A stretch of DNA of 64,000 nucleotides from Podarcis pityusensis (taxonomy: Eukaryota): assembly GCA_964106645.2 (NCBI GenBank), contig OZ067047.1; one strand, written 5' to 3'. Under the pieces are notes generated by a model. The model saw only the letters and a program-made list of their open reading frames with translations, was not told the origin of the DNA and ran no database searches. The number at the start of each line of letters is the position of its first letter. Position 1 is the stretch's first letter. The position numbers and the translations under genes were made by a program. Positions 33,301 to 40,800 of the stretch are shown here, piece by piece.

Positions 33301-35760
33301 TTTGGGCTTTATTTTTGTTAAATAAACCATGATACAATATGATGTCCTGATGTGTACAACCACAACAGAGGGTGTACTTTCTTTTCCCCCTAACGGCACT
33401 CTCACTTGCACCTCTTCTCCCACCTCCCCCCACCCCTGTTCAAGCTTTTAAAAGAGCTTAGTATTACTGCTTTACATTCTTATTCAGCACTGCATGTTTC
33501 CCTTTGCTCCTTTGTCACTGCAGGCTGCTTCAACAACACTGGGAAGAGAGCAATGTCCAGATTCTGAAACTACAAGCCAAGATGTTTACATATAATATCC
33601 CAACATGCCTGGCCATCTGGAAAATGTAATTCAACAGTCATACACCTGTTAACATAGATAATTTTTTTTAAAAAATAAGGTTTGCTTCATAAAGCTACAT
33701 TTGAAGTAGGCCTTCAAATTTGGTTTTATGCTAGAAAGGTTTTTCATTATTGCAGTCTTTCCACAAACTTTGGTTTAGACAGATTCCTGGCACTAATGTT
33801 GTAAAATGAGGACTGTTGCTTCCCATACAAAAAATATTTCAGAAGTAAGTATGCCTTGTGTGTCTAAGTAAGGAAAATGTGTTGATGAATTTTATTGTTG
33901 CTGCTTTGGAATGTTTACCATTAAATTATTGACTTCTGTTTCCCTCCTCCTTTCTACCCTCCCCTTTATATATCATAATAGCAATATCCAGTGGTGATGA
34001 ACTGATCATTGTCTGCAGTGTTTGTACATAATGGGAACAACTGAAATGTCTTGCTCATGTAAGATTGTTTATGAAATGGATCTTTTTTGTCTCTTCACTA
34101 TAGATTATCATCATTGGGAGTTAGTCTGTTACTTTCCAGGACTTTTATAGTTCCATCCCATACTCAGTGTTCTTCCCATAAAGATATTCGGTATTCTGCA
34201 AAAAAATAAGTCATTTTTATTTCTTCCCTTCAGAGCCATTGCTGCTGAGTGCTTTCTAAAGGGACAGAGAGAGGTATGTAAGAAAAGCTTATTGAAATAG
34301 CCAGTTGCAAAGATACTTAACTAGCCTCACCCCTGGGTTTAATGAACTAGTCCACAGCTTTAAAAAAAAGAAGAAGCTTGAGAACAGTGTTCTTGCTAAG
34401 CTAGCTTTAGAGTAAGAGGTCTGCTCCTCAGAAATTGTGTCTGTTATCAAATGAAGGCAAGGAGGAAGAAAGGTTCTGGCTAAGTCTTTTTTCCTTTTAG
34501 GTTAATTCTGTCAGGTGCTCAATGTGCTAGAGCCAGACTTGGTTGAAACAGACTTTGTGCATTCCTGCAGCTTTCAAACACAGTAGTGTGCCAACACAAG
34601 GACACTTAGGATGTTAATTTAACATACTTAATTCTTCCCACTTGTTCACATAATGCTCATTTACTATGCAATCCTGTACATGTCAGAAGCAAAACCTGAT
34701 TATTTGAATGAGGCTTAGGTCCCAAATAGCTGTCTCCTTCCCTACAAACTAGATAAGTGTCCAAGGAGTGGCAATTTATTTGGCAGTCCCTGAGCTACAG
34801 AAGTGTGTCGGACATCTTCATTCTGTAATTTTTCACATGCTGATGAAGGCGCACCTCTTTACTCTGTCCTTTGACGCCTAAGATATGTATTTGGGACCTA
34901 TCTTGTTCCCTTCAGTATAATCTGTTTTTTTAGTGGATGTCAATGCTGTATTTTTATATAGTTACACCATGGGTCCTCACTGTGAAGGGTGGATAAGAAA
35001 TCAGAACAATTAATTCCTCAGTAAGTGGTGTAGGATTGCAGAGCCTTTAAATAACAAAAGAAGCTTAAATCCAACAAAGGAGTCTTCAGTGATCAGTACA
35101 AACTTTTGAATATATGGCACACAGAAACTTGTTGATGTAGTAAACCAATTCAGTCAATTTGAAATAGGGACAGATAGGACTCTCCTAACTTGCTTCTATG
35201 CATTTACAATGTGATCATCAGGCTTCCATGTCTCCTCTACAGCCTTAAAACTAAGCACTTTTTGAAGAATGTAAAGCTCTTAAATCTAGCAGTAGCCCTC
35301 AAGCATTTCCCTGCCATAGCTTCACCATTCCTAACCTGTGTTACAGGCACTTAAGACAGAAAAAGTGCATGTTGCGCAACAAACATAAGTTTTGTTGGGA
35401 TAACATTAGATTGATTCTTGTCTCTTCTTTACAGGTCCATCACTTATATCAGAGAGCCTTTCAGAAGCTACCTCTTTGCGCAACCCTGTGGAAAGATGTA
35501 ATGTTTTCTCCTTATGTTTCCGTTTAAGGTTTCATTTCAATTTTCTGCATATCCCATGTCCATTGATGTGGTGATATTCCAGCTCTGGCTAAATCTTATG
35601 TCTGCTTCACCATCTCTTACAGCAGCTCCTGTTTGAAGCATCAGGAGGAGGTAAAACTGATAACCTGAGAAAACTAGTTTCCAAGTGCCAAGAGGTTGGA
35701 GTCAGCCTAGATGAGCTTTTAAATTTAAACACTTACAGAACAGAAAGCACGAATCGCTGA
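1884..35760 (+). CDS. ZFC3H1: Zinc finger C3H1-type containing protein (PAXT adaptor), complete 35-exon CDS, about 1991 aa
   Basis: N-terminal EEGELEDGEI motif, coiled-coil and proline-rich regions, C3H1 finger CRFDLTGTCNDDDCRWQH, C-terminal TPR/HAT-like region ending LNLNTYRTESTNR*; all exons join in frame with GT-AG sites; convergent LGR5 matches vertebrate synteny. Confidence 0.97.
2712..2750. repeat. (GT)n(GA)n compound microsatellite
   Basis: Directly visible. Confidence 0.95.
3400..4110 (-). mobile_element. Degenerate L2/CR1-clade LINE fragment
   Basis: Minus-strand translation ...LQPYLD...VTHALVTSDLHYCN resembles the L2 ORF2 C-terminal motif; boundaries approximate; interrupted by a MITE remnant near 3760-3812. 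Confidence 0.6.
5627..5867. mobile_element. hAT-like MITE with internal tandem repeat (TTTTAGGATTGAAGTTGTTGAG)
   Basis: Ends CAGTGGTGTCCA...TGGACATGGCTG are imperfect inverted repeats; no clear TSD. Confidence 0.55.
6481..6900 (+). CDS. ZFC3H1: ZFC3H1 exon 2
   Basis: SKSFGKSPSRK...FEDLLLKYKQIQLELE...DASQ; phase 1-1. Confidence 0.93.
7956..8017 (+). CDS. ZFC3H1: ZFC3H1 exon 3 (start could be 7956, 7959 or 7962)
   Basis: AVDEKEQGEQHLSPSGAAVEK; phase 1-0 needed to join exons 2 and 4; donor AAG/GTAAGT. Confidence 0.85.
8319..8517 (+). CDS. ZFC3H1: ZFC3H1 exon 4
   Basis: KLLDEEEEVSELQLRLLALQSASKKWQQKE...; AG/GT flanks. Confidence 0.92.
8657..8883 (+). CDS. ZFC3H1: ZFC3H1 exon 5
   Basis: AKQALRKQQTKVWKKLQ...EQYNRFMKLVG...SK. 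Confidence 0.92.
10765..10888 (+). CDS. ZFC3H1: ZFC3H1 exon 6
   Basis: SSDKDLRRS...YQYDNYDEVAMDTESETNSP. Confidence 0.92.
10950..11308 (-). mobile_element. Sauria-type SINE, full length
   Basis: tRNA-like head GGGGACGCGGGTGG..., conserved core CTAGCAGTTCGAAAGCA...GCAAGTAGATAAATAGG, (ACCTTT)n tail; CpG still rich, so young. Confidence 0.88.
11513..11752. mobile_element. Tc1/mariner (Tigger-like) MITE
   Basis: TIRs CAGTTGTACCTTGG / CCAAGGTACGACTG flanked by TA. Confidence 0.85.
11827..11924 (+). CDS. ZFC3H1: ZFC3H1 exon 7
   Basis: ASSPVQPPYFECPAGYFSP...QIS; donor GTAAGT. Confidence 0.9.
12556..12759 (+). CDS. ZFC3H1: ZFC3H1 exon 8
   Basis: LEPLPPLPPLPPEEPEQPPKPPFADEEEEEEMLLREELLKSLANKRAFKPE. 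Confidence 0.93.
13266..13430 (+). CDS. ZFC3H1: ZFC3H1 exon 9
   Basis: ENSSNSGPPSPP...RSNLSAVSINTVSQPR...RTVIT. Confidence 0.9.
13681..13818 (+). CDS. ZFC3H1: ZFC3H1 exon 10
   Basis: LPKHKSVVVTLNDSDDSES...FGGLESMIKEARRTVE. Confidence 0.92.
13972..14312. mobile_element. Putative non-autonomous DNA element with internal repeat and L2-tail fragment
   Basis: CAGACCCTCCAA...TTGGAAGGTATG inverted ends; TTGGAGAAATGTTGGARGGTATGG occurs twice. Confidence 0.55.
15363..15481 (+). CDS. ZFC3H1: ZFC3H1 exon 11
   Basis: ASKPK...TPEALPEDKKIEYRLLKEEIA. Confidence 0.92.
15759..15905 (+). CDS. ZFC3H1: ZFC3H1 exon 12
   Basis: REKQRLII...SSSPANSDVEVDG...KLKKH; TAGCAG tandem acceptor. Confidence 0.9.
16713..16887 (+). 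CDS. ZFC3H1: ZFC3H1 exon 13
   Basis: LLLMKDESVLKHLLQQEAKKKES...KKLQEQ. Confidence 0.92.
17054..17185 (+). CDS. ZFC3H1: ZFC3H1 exon 14
   Basis: IHRVQQRVT...KYGEELARAK...DQFG. Confidence 0.92.
18430..18978 (+). CDS. ZFC3H1: ZFC3H1 exon 15
   Basis: PNKILKLE...LPQPSLHDLTQDKLTLDTEE...NLHGQ. Confidence 0.93.
19080..19189 (+). CDS. ZFC3H1: ZFC3H1 exon 16
   Basis: EIKVDVD...PYHSPLLVFKSYR. Confidence 0.92.
19416..19678. mobile_element. Tc1/mariner (Tigger-like) MITE
   Basis: TIRs CAGTGGTGCCCCGCAAGACGAA / TTCGTCTTGCGAGGCACCACTG, TA TSD, internal GCAAGACGAA repeats. Confidence 0.9.
20077..20208 (+). CDS. ZFC3H1: ZFC3H1 exon 17 (C3H1 zinc finger)
   Basis: FSPYFRTKEK...QCFCRFDLTGTCNDDDCRW. Confidence 0.94.
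20761..20990. mobile_element. Tc1/mariner (Tigger-like) MITE, same family as 61548-61774
   Basis: CAGTGGTACCTCTG...CAGAGGTACCACTA, TA flanks, shared internal GGAGGCCCCATTAGC. Confidence 0.85.
21333..21371. repeat. (ATT)n microsatellite
   Basis: Directly visible. Confidence 0.95.
21836..21957 (+). CDS. ZFC3H1: ZFC3H1 exon 18
   Basis: QHMKDCTLSRRQLFEDVLSYNLALIGC... Confidence 0.92.
22363..22464 (+). CDS. ZFC3H1: ZFC3H1 exon 19
   Basis: EKYVEKLFGVNKDRMAMDQMAVLL...ESKGH. Confidence 0.92.
22619..22738 (+). CDS. ZFC3H1: ZFC3H1 exon 20
   Basis: TPPFTTWKDKRKWRPKHW...GPIKY. Confidence 0.92.
23413..23596 (+). CDS. ZFC3H1: ZFC3H1 exon 21
   Basis: PALDAVVTPDDVRYFTNETDDI...KYLNQNEG. Confidence 0.92.
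24258..24444 (+). CDS. ZFC3H1: ZFC3H1 exon 22
   Basis: LDSALNVLARALENNK...CETAVEYAPTYKIWWT. Confidence 0.93.
24778..25270 (+). mobile_element. L2/CR1-clade LINE 3' fragment with (GCT)n(CTT)n tail
   Basis: Encodes LQLIQNAAARLVTG...DLHWFPV...FKMLVLTFKALNG...RAFSVVAPTLWNALP, typical of L2 ORF2 C-terminus; contains stop and frameshift. Confidence 0.88.
25393..25584 (+). CDS. ZFC3H1: ZFC3H1 exon 23
   Basis: FLNLENSFDGKDYVCGRML...AVALFQ. Confidence 0.92.
26230..26467 (+). CDS. ZFC3H1: ZFC3H1 exon 24
   Basis: NALKSE...SDRCLAWLSYIHLIEF...LLAVFE. Confidence 0.93.
27690..27795 (+). CDS. ZFC3H1: ZFC3H1 exon 25
   Basis: DAIQSCT...CLPLYRNMVILQQLLER. Confidence 0.92.
27845..27963. mobile_element. Palindromic (fold-back) MITE
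   Basis: TATTCAACTAGGTTTTACTCAGAG...CTCTGAGTAAAATTTAGTTGAATA long inverted repeat; relative at 52633-52752. Confidence 0.7.
28192..28390 (+). CDS. ZFC3H1: ZFC3H1 exon 26
   Basis: WEAAIELCKSLL...WLTAFEKNPQNA...CKFFILQ. Confidence 0.92.
29026..29120 (+). CDS. ZFC3H1: ZFC3H1 exon 27
   Basis: NRSDSIPPLLQAFVAAFFE...DLLR; phase 0-2. Confidence 0.88.
30484..30594 (+). CDS. ZFC3H1: ZFC3H1 exon 28
   Basis: YFLNFPMPIE...NQQIPYLWQIYC. Confidence 0.9.
31366..31470 (+). CDS. ZFC3H1: ZFC3H1 exon 29
   Basis: LYQSLHG...DAYEAALGAVMQEEIVQQIWID. Confidence 0.9.
31552..31717 (+). CDS. ZFC3H1: ZFC3H1 exon 30
   Basis: YLVFIN...FTDLVNRCLVTVPTRYPIPF...YEFHNK. Confidence 0.93.
32358..32458 (+). CDS. ZFC3H1: ZFC3H1 exon 31
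   Basis: VIFFYLSCIPKSQHSKELERFC...GLAFR. Confidence 0.92.
32624..32749. mobile_element. hAT-type MITE
   Basis: CAGGG...CCCTG ends, internal palindrome, 8-bp TSD GTCTAGAG/GTATAGAG. Confidence 0.8.
33524..33625 (+). CDS. ZFC3H1: ZFC3H1 exon 32
   Basis: LLQQHWEESNVQILKLQAKMFTYNIPTCLAIWKI. Confidence 0.93.
34234..34273 (+). CDS. ZFC3H1: ZFC3H1 exon 33
   Basis: AIAAECFLKGQRE; 40 nt, phase 2-0. Confidence 0.9.
35435..35497 (+). CDS. ZFC3H1: ZFC3H1 exon 34
   Basis: VHHLYQRAFQKLPLCATLWKD. Confidence 0.92.
35623..35760 (+). CDS. ZFC3H1: ZFC3H1 exon 35 (coding part, stop TGA)
   Basis: QLLFEASGGGKTDNLRKLVSKCQEVGVSLDELLNL...*; CAGCAG tandem acceptor. Confidence 0.93.
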   Translation, partial: QLLFEASGGGKTDNLRKLVSKCQEVGVSLDELLNLNTYRTESTNR

Positions 35761-36489
35761 ACACTGGGTGCAGTCAGTGCTAAGTCCTATTAAATGCCAA
35801 AATCATTTGAATGATTCTCCAGGCTGATCTCTGGCTTTAGGCCTCTGAAAAGCAGATGCGCAAAGCTGAGCATATCAAGTCTCTCTCTGGCCTGCTTTCC
35901 TTGAACCTGGAAACAATTGACATGATCGCCTCCTTGGATAAATGAATGTCCTCTATGGCCTGCTTCTGGGCCCTGCCAGACTCTCATAACATCATGTACG
36001 TAAGTATAGTTCATCCCAATGACAGACTTTAAATGTGTTAATTTTTATATTTTATTTTCGATTTTTCATTTTCTTTTGTGCGGTTCCTGATTTCACTTGA
36101 CGCTCGCACTGATGCCTGAGAGATCTGTGTTTGGGGCTAAAAATATGGGCTGAGTTTACAGCAAAAACTATCGGTCCACTTTGTTTTCCTCCCAACCCCA
36201 CCCCACCCTCTTTCCCAATCCCTTTTTGTTTCGTTTTGGAGATTCGTTTTCATTGCAGGATATAAAAACAAAAGCAGCCGCTCTTAAGGAAAGTAACTGC
36301 CATGGCCACAAGTATGCTTTTTGCACTTGAAGGCTCATTGAGGGTGGTTTCCTGCCCTTTCTGCATTCTGGACTTGTGGCAGAGACTTAAACTTGAAGAT
36401 TAAAGATACAGTTGCAATTGCCAGTGCATCAGAACCTAAGAGTGGTCAATTTATTATGTGCAATTTTTTGTAAAGAAATTTTAATTTAT

Positions 36490-36495
36490 AATAAA
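36490..36495 (+). terminator. Likely ZFC3H1 polyadenylation signal AATAAA (ATTAAA also at about 36529)
   Basis: Canonical hexamer 730 nt after the stop in AU-rich context with upstream TGTA. Confidence 0.6.
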
Positions 36496-36879
36496 AGTTT
36501 AACAGTTAATAATATTGAACTGATTTGTATTAAAATACTACTCTGTAGTATTGCCATTGTTTATACAAAGATATTTTGAATATAAGTTTTAAAAAAATAT
36601 CCTGTTTCCATTGTCTTTAATTAAGCTGGTGCAAATGTGGGGGTCGGTTGGTTTTGCTTGTCGATACAGGCACAATAACTGTAGGCCACTGGACGCATTT
36701 CCCATGAATTTCCCCCCATTGATAGGAGCATTGATGGTTAAAATTAAAAACAAATACACTGGAGAACCGGAGCTAACTCTTATCTACTGCACACCCTGGA
36801 GCCACAAAGTGAAACAACTTACATGGGCTAATCCTCAACCACAGTCACACATTGGGAAGGGGGAGAAGATTTTGTTAAT

Positions 36880-37365
36880 AACAAGAGAGCATGTTGCATC
36901 AAGCCACTGGTCGATCTAGTCCAGCATCTTGTTCTCAGTGGCCAACCAGATGCCTATGGGAAGCGCCAAAGCAGGACCCAGTCACAAGAACACACTCCAC
37001 CTGCCCTTTCCGGCAGCAGGTATTCAAAAGCCTACAGCCTCCGACGCAGCGCATAGCCATGAACGGCTAGTTGCCATCGATAGCATTTACCTTCCACATA
37101 TTTCTCTATTTTAAAGCTGGTGGCCATCCCTGCTTCCTGTGGCAGCAAGTTCCACAGTTTATTTATTTTTGGTATCCTGGGTCTTTCAACGTGCAGCTTC
37201 ATTGGGTGCCCATGCTGCCTATGAATTCTCATGTTACGAGAGACAGAGGAATAACCTTTGTCCACTTCATGGCATGCAAGATTTTATACACTGAGGTCAT
37301 GTTGCCCCTAACCCTTTCTCCAGGGTAAGAGTTCCACATGTTGCCGCCCTTTTCCCATAGGAGGT
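36880..37365 (-). mobile_element. CR1 LINE 3' fragment
   Basis: Minus-strand HGHPMKLHVER...KLWNLLPQEAGMATS matches CR1 ORF2 C-terminus; followed by CR1-like 3' UTR; boundaries approximate. Confidence 0.8.
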
Positions 37366-37520
37366 GGGGTCACGTCGTTAATCTGTACCCCCACTCCCCA
37401 GTTGGACTGTGCATGTAGTTCGCTGGTTTTCCTGTCGCATCACTTCCAAATTAAAGAGAAATTGAACTAGCCTTTGGTCCAAATACTGTTCTTTGTTAGC
37501 AGCACCAAGCAACGCAATGA

Positions 37521-37637
37521 TTTATTTTATTTAAGCCCCGCCCATCTGGCCGGGTTTCCCCAGCCACTCTGGGCGGCTCCCAACAGAATATTAAAAACGT
37601 GATAAAACATCAAACATTAAAAACTTCCCTAAACAGA
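37521..37637 (-). mobile_element. L2-type LINE 3' tail fragment
   Basis: Reverse complement of the tail seen at 25160-25235 and 43100-43215. Confidence 0.8.
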
Positions 37638-37647
37638 AGGAACTATT

Positions 37648-37847
37648 GTGATGTAGTGGTTAGAATGCTAGACATGGGAGACCAGGGTTTGGACCCTCAG
37701 CTGTGAAACTTGCTGGGTGAACCTGGACCAGTCACTGCCTCTCTGCCTGACCTACCTCACAGGGTTTTTGTGGGAGTTAAATGAGAAGAGGGAAGAACCA
37801 CACAAGCCACTTTGAGCTCCTTGGAGAAAAAAGGCTGGGTTATAAAC
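37648..37847 (+). mobile_element. Old tRNA-derived SINE (MIR/Squam3-like)
   Basis: GTGATGTAGTGGTTAGA head, B-box remnant, CCTACCTCACAGGG core; degenerate relatives near 4690, 8980, 40080 and 59520. Confidence 0.65.
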
Positions 37848-40800
37848 GTGGGGGTGGGGGTGGGAGAAGACCATGCCTGCCCTGCCTATTTAGGCCATGA
37901 TTCTCTCAAACTAGATTAGAGAAGCTGGCGCTAAAGGGAAATGGTGTGTCCTGAGGTCGAATGCTGGGTCTCTGGCAGCAAACCTCTTTTTGAGGGATAG
38001 CACATGAAGTGAGGACAAAGCAAGCGGATGCCAGAGAATCTTCATTTCATGCCTAAATAGAAAGAAAACAATCTGCCACCAGCAATTGAGGAGAACCAGC
38101 TATGGACAAAAACCATGCAGTATTCATCTGGCTGCTACAAACTTGTTACTCACTCACTCTTGCACAGTTCTCTGCTTCGATTCTTCATAAGTGGGAATAA
38201 ACCGTTTCATCCTATTTGGTGTTTCAGGGCAAACACCAATAATACCAATCACTTTTTCCATGCTACTCAAGCTGTATGTGGAGTGAAGACAACTGCAATA
38301 GTAGGGCATTTTATTTTGATAAACGCAAGCATAGCTTCGTTCTTTTATAGACTTTCTGTGGGGTAAGTATCATTGAATCCACTGACAAGAAGTAGAGTGT
38401 GTTTGCTTTCTTAAATAAGAGGTGCCTTTTTAGTCCTGAGGTGGGGTAAATATATTAAGCAAAGTTATATATTTTACTGAGTACATAGCAGACACAGGCG
38501 TGGCATATTCTCTATCCAAAAAAAGGAATTTTTCTTCCTTTTTGCAGGTAGCTCCCTGACTGGAAAAAGTTATGCAGATGCAACCTTTTCACATCAGGAG
38601 CATTCCTGTGACACTGATTCAGCTGCTAACTATTGCTGGGAGTTTTTATTCCTCCTATACATATTTCTGGGCACCCCTTCCACTGTGGAGAGATTGGAGA
38701 GGTGTGAATTTGTGGTTCTTTATTCTTTTTTCTTAGTCTCTTGCACCTAAAAGGTTGCAGAGCGACTTGCGTTCAAAAAACATACATGTAAGTGCATTGT
38801 TAACTGTAAGGAAAAAAGTTATATGAAACATTAACATTTCATACAACATGTAAAAATGAAAACAGCCCTTCACACCCGGTAACAGCGATGGACAAGGTTT
38901 AGCACCACACTAAAAGCAGACAATACAGTCTTTCAAAGGCCTGGAGAAAAAGTTCCGTTTCTACCTGGTACTGAAAAGGGGTGCAGAGATGGACCGGGCA
39001 GACCTCACTGGGGAGAGCATTCGGCATGATTGTATTTCAGTGGTGGAATACATGCTTTGCATGTGAAAAGTTTATGAGCTTCCCCCTACTTTCAGGCATT
39101 TGGTTCCTTTTAATTTGGTGCTGGAGAAATCCCTTTAAAAATAGATACTAGTATTTATACTGGAATACACACAGTTCAAAAACACGACGATGCTAAATTG
39201 TCACAACCAGATTTCCTGTGTCAGAAAAAGTCATCTCTTCCAGACTTAAAAGTTGAAAGCGAAGATGGTATTTCGCTTAATTGGTTTAACTCATGAAGGC
39301 ATTTCAGCTAAAGCAACAGTGATGCTAAGAAAGGAAGTTGTGACTGCAGATGAGGCTGTTCAATTGCCTTGATAGCCTCTTTCCTCTATATTTATATGTT
39401 TGCAGTAGAACTTCTGCCAGAAGTAATCTTAACGGTCCTGCCTGGCTGTCGGGCACAATAAAGACTTACTGCAACCGAAATCAAAGCTTGTGAAATTGCT
39501 GGCATGGAATGCTGAGATTTATTTGCTTTTCCGTTAAAGAGGAGTGTACTCCTGGATCATAAAAGTTTTTTTCACACTTGCACCTGTCGGTTCAGAACAG
39601 TCCCGGGCAAGAAGAAAGGGCAGCTTAAGGCCTTTCCTGTATAGGTAGAAAGAGGTCAAAGGAAAGCAAGCAGGATTATTATATTTTTAGCTGCCTTCCT
39701 AAGAAGTGTGTGCATTTGAGCTTTCCGTGCTGTTCACAGGTGGCTGCTTCCAGTATTTTTATATTAACAATTTGTGTGCTTTGAGCGCTGTATTTCCATC
39801 TAAAGATGAAGTAGTTGAGCTGGTGACTCACTCCTCTGAAGCCCCACAACCCCTCCCCAGTGTTGTATCCATGATATGGGTGTAGTCAGGATTTTTTTGG
39901 GGGGGGGTAGCCAAAGTTGTTGAGCTTTTCTTAGGAAATCAAAGTTGGGAAATACCCCAGGAAGAAGACATTATAGGGGGCAGGCTTCCGCTGCGGGAAG
40001 AACCTCAAATAATTGAGTCGTTTCAATGCTTTCCAAAAATATTTGGATCCATGGGGCTGGCTTCCTCCTAACCTCTGGACCAAGGTCACCCAGTGAGCTT
40101 CAAGGCTGAATGGGGATTCAAACCCTGATCTCCCAGGTCCTAATCCAAAACCCTAACCATTACGCCACAGTGGCAACTTCAGAGCTGATATTGGTCTCTT
40201 TTGGGGGCTTTCTGCTGGGAGGAGATAATTGCTATGATCTGAATGGAAAATTGGAGCCTTAGAACGTATCGATTGTAAAAATAAAAAATCCCTGTGTCAA
40301 GATTTGTGGACTCATACTGCAGAAAACGGAATATCCCTTGGACACGTTCCAAGATATAAGCAGCAACTTAATTCATAGAGCCTACACGAGTCAGTTGAGG
40401 ACTATAAAATCCAAACTGGCACATGAAACTCATGTTTATATCCCTTGTTCAGGGACATCATCAAGGAGCCTCACAGTTAGTAGCTTTTTGCTGGGGTTTA
40501 TCAGGTCAATTTAGATCAAAGTGTAGGTCGCCTCTACAGAAATACAGCTGTTGACTAACTTCATCTAAGGATTGTCCTGATTTTTCCACAAAATTGTGTT
40601 GAATCTTTCTGAGCTCTTACCTATTTGAAAAATGATGTTTACTAATATTTCTGCCACTTATTTTAATCTTGTAACTAGCAGTGTGATTGAAAGTTTCAGC
40701 TTCCAGCAACCAATCAAGGTGGCGATCCTGCCTGCCGTTAAAGAAACCCAAAGATTATTCCTACCTTAGTTAAATGAGCTCACATATTATTGTACTTAAT

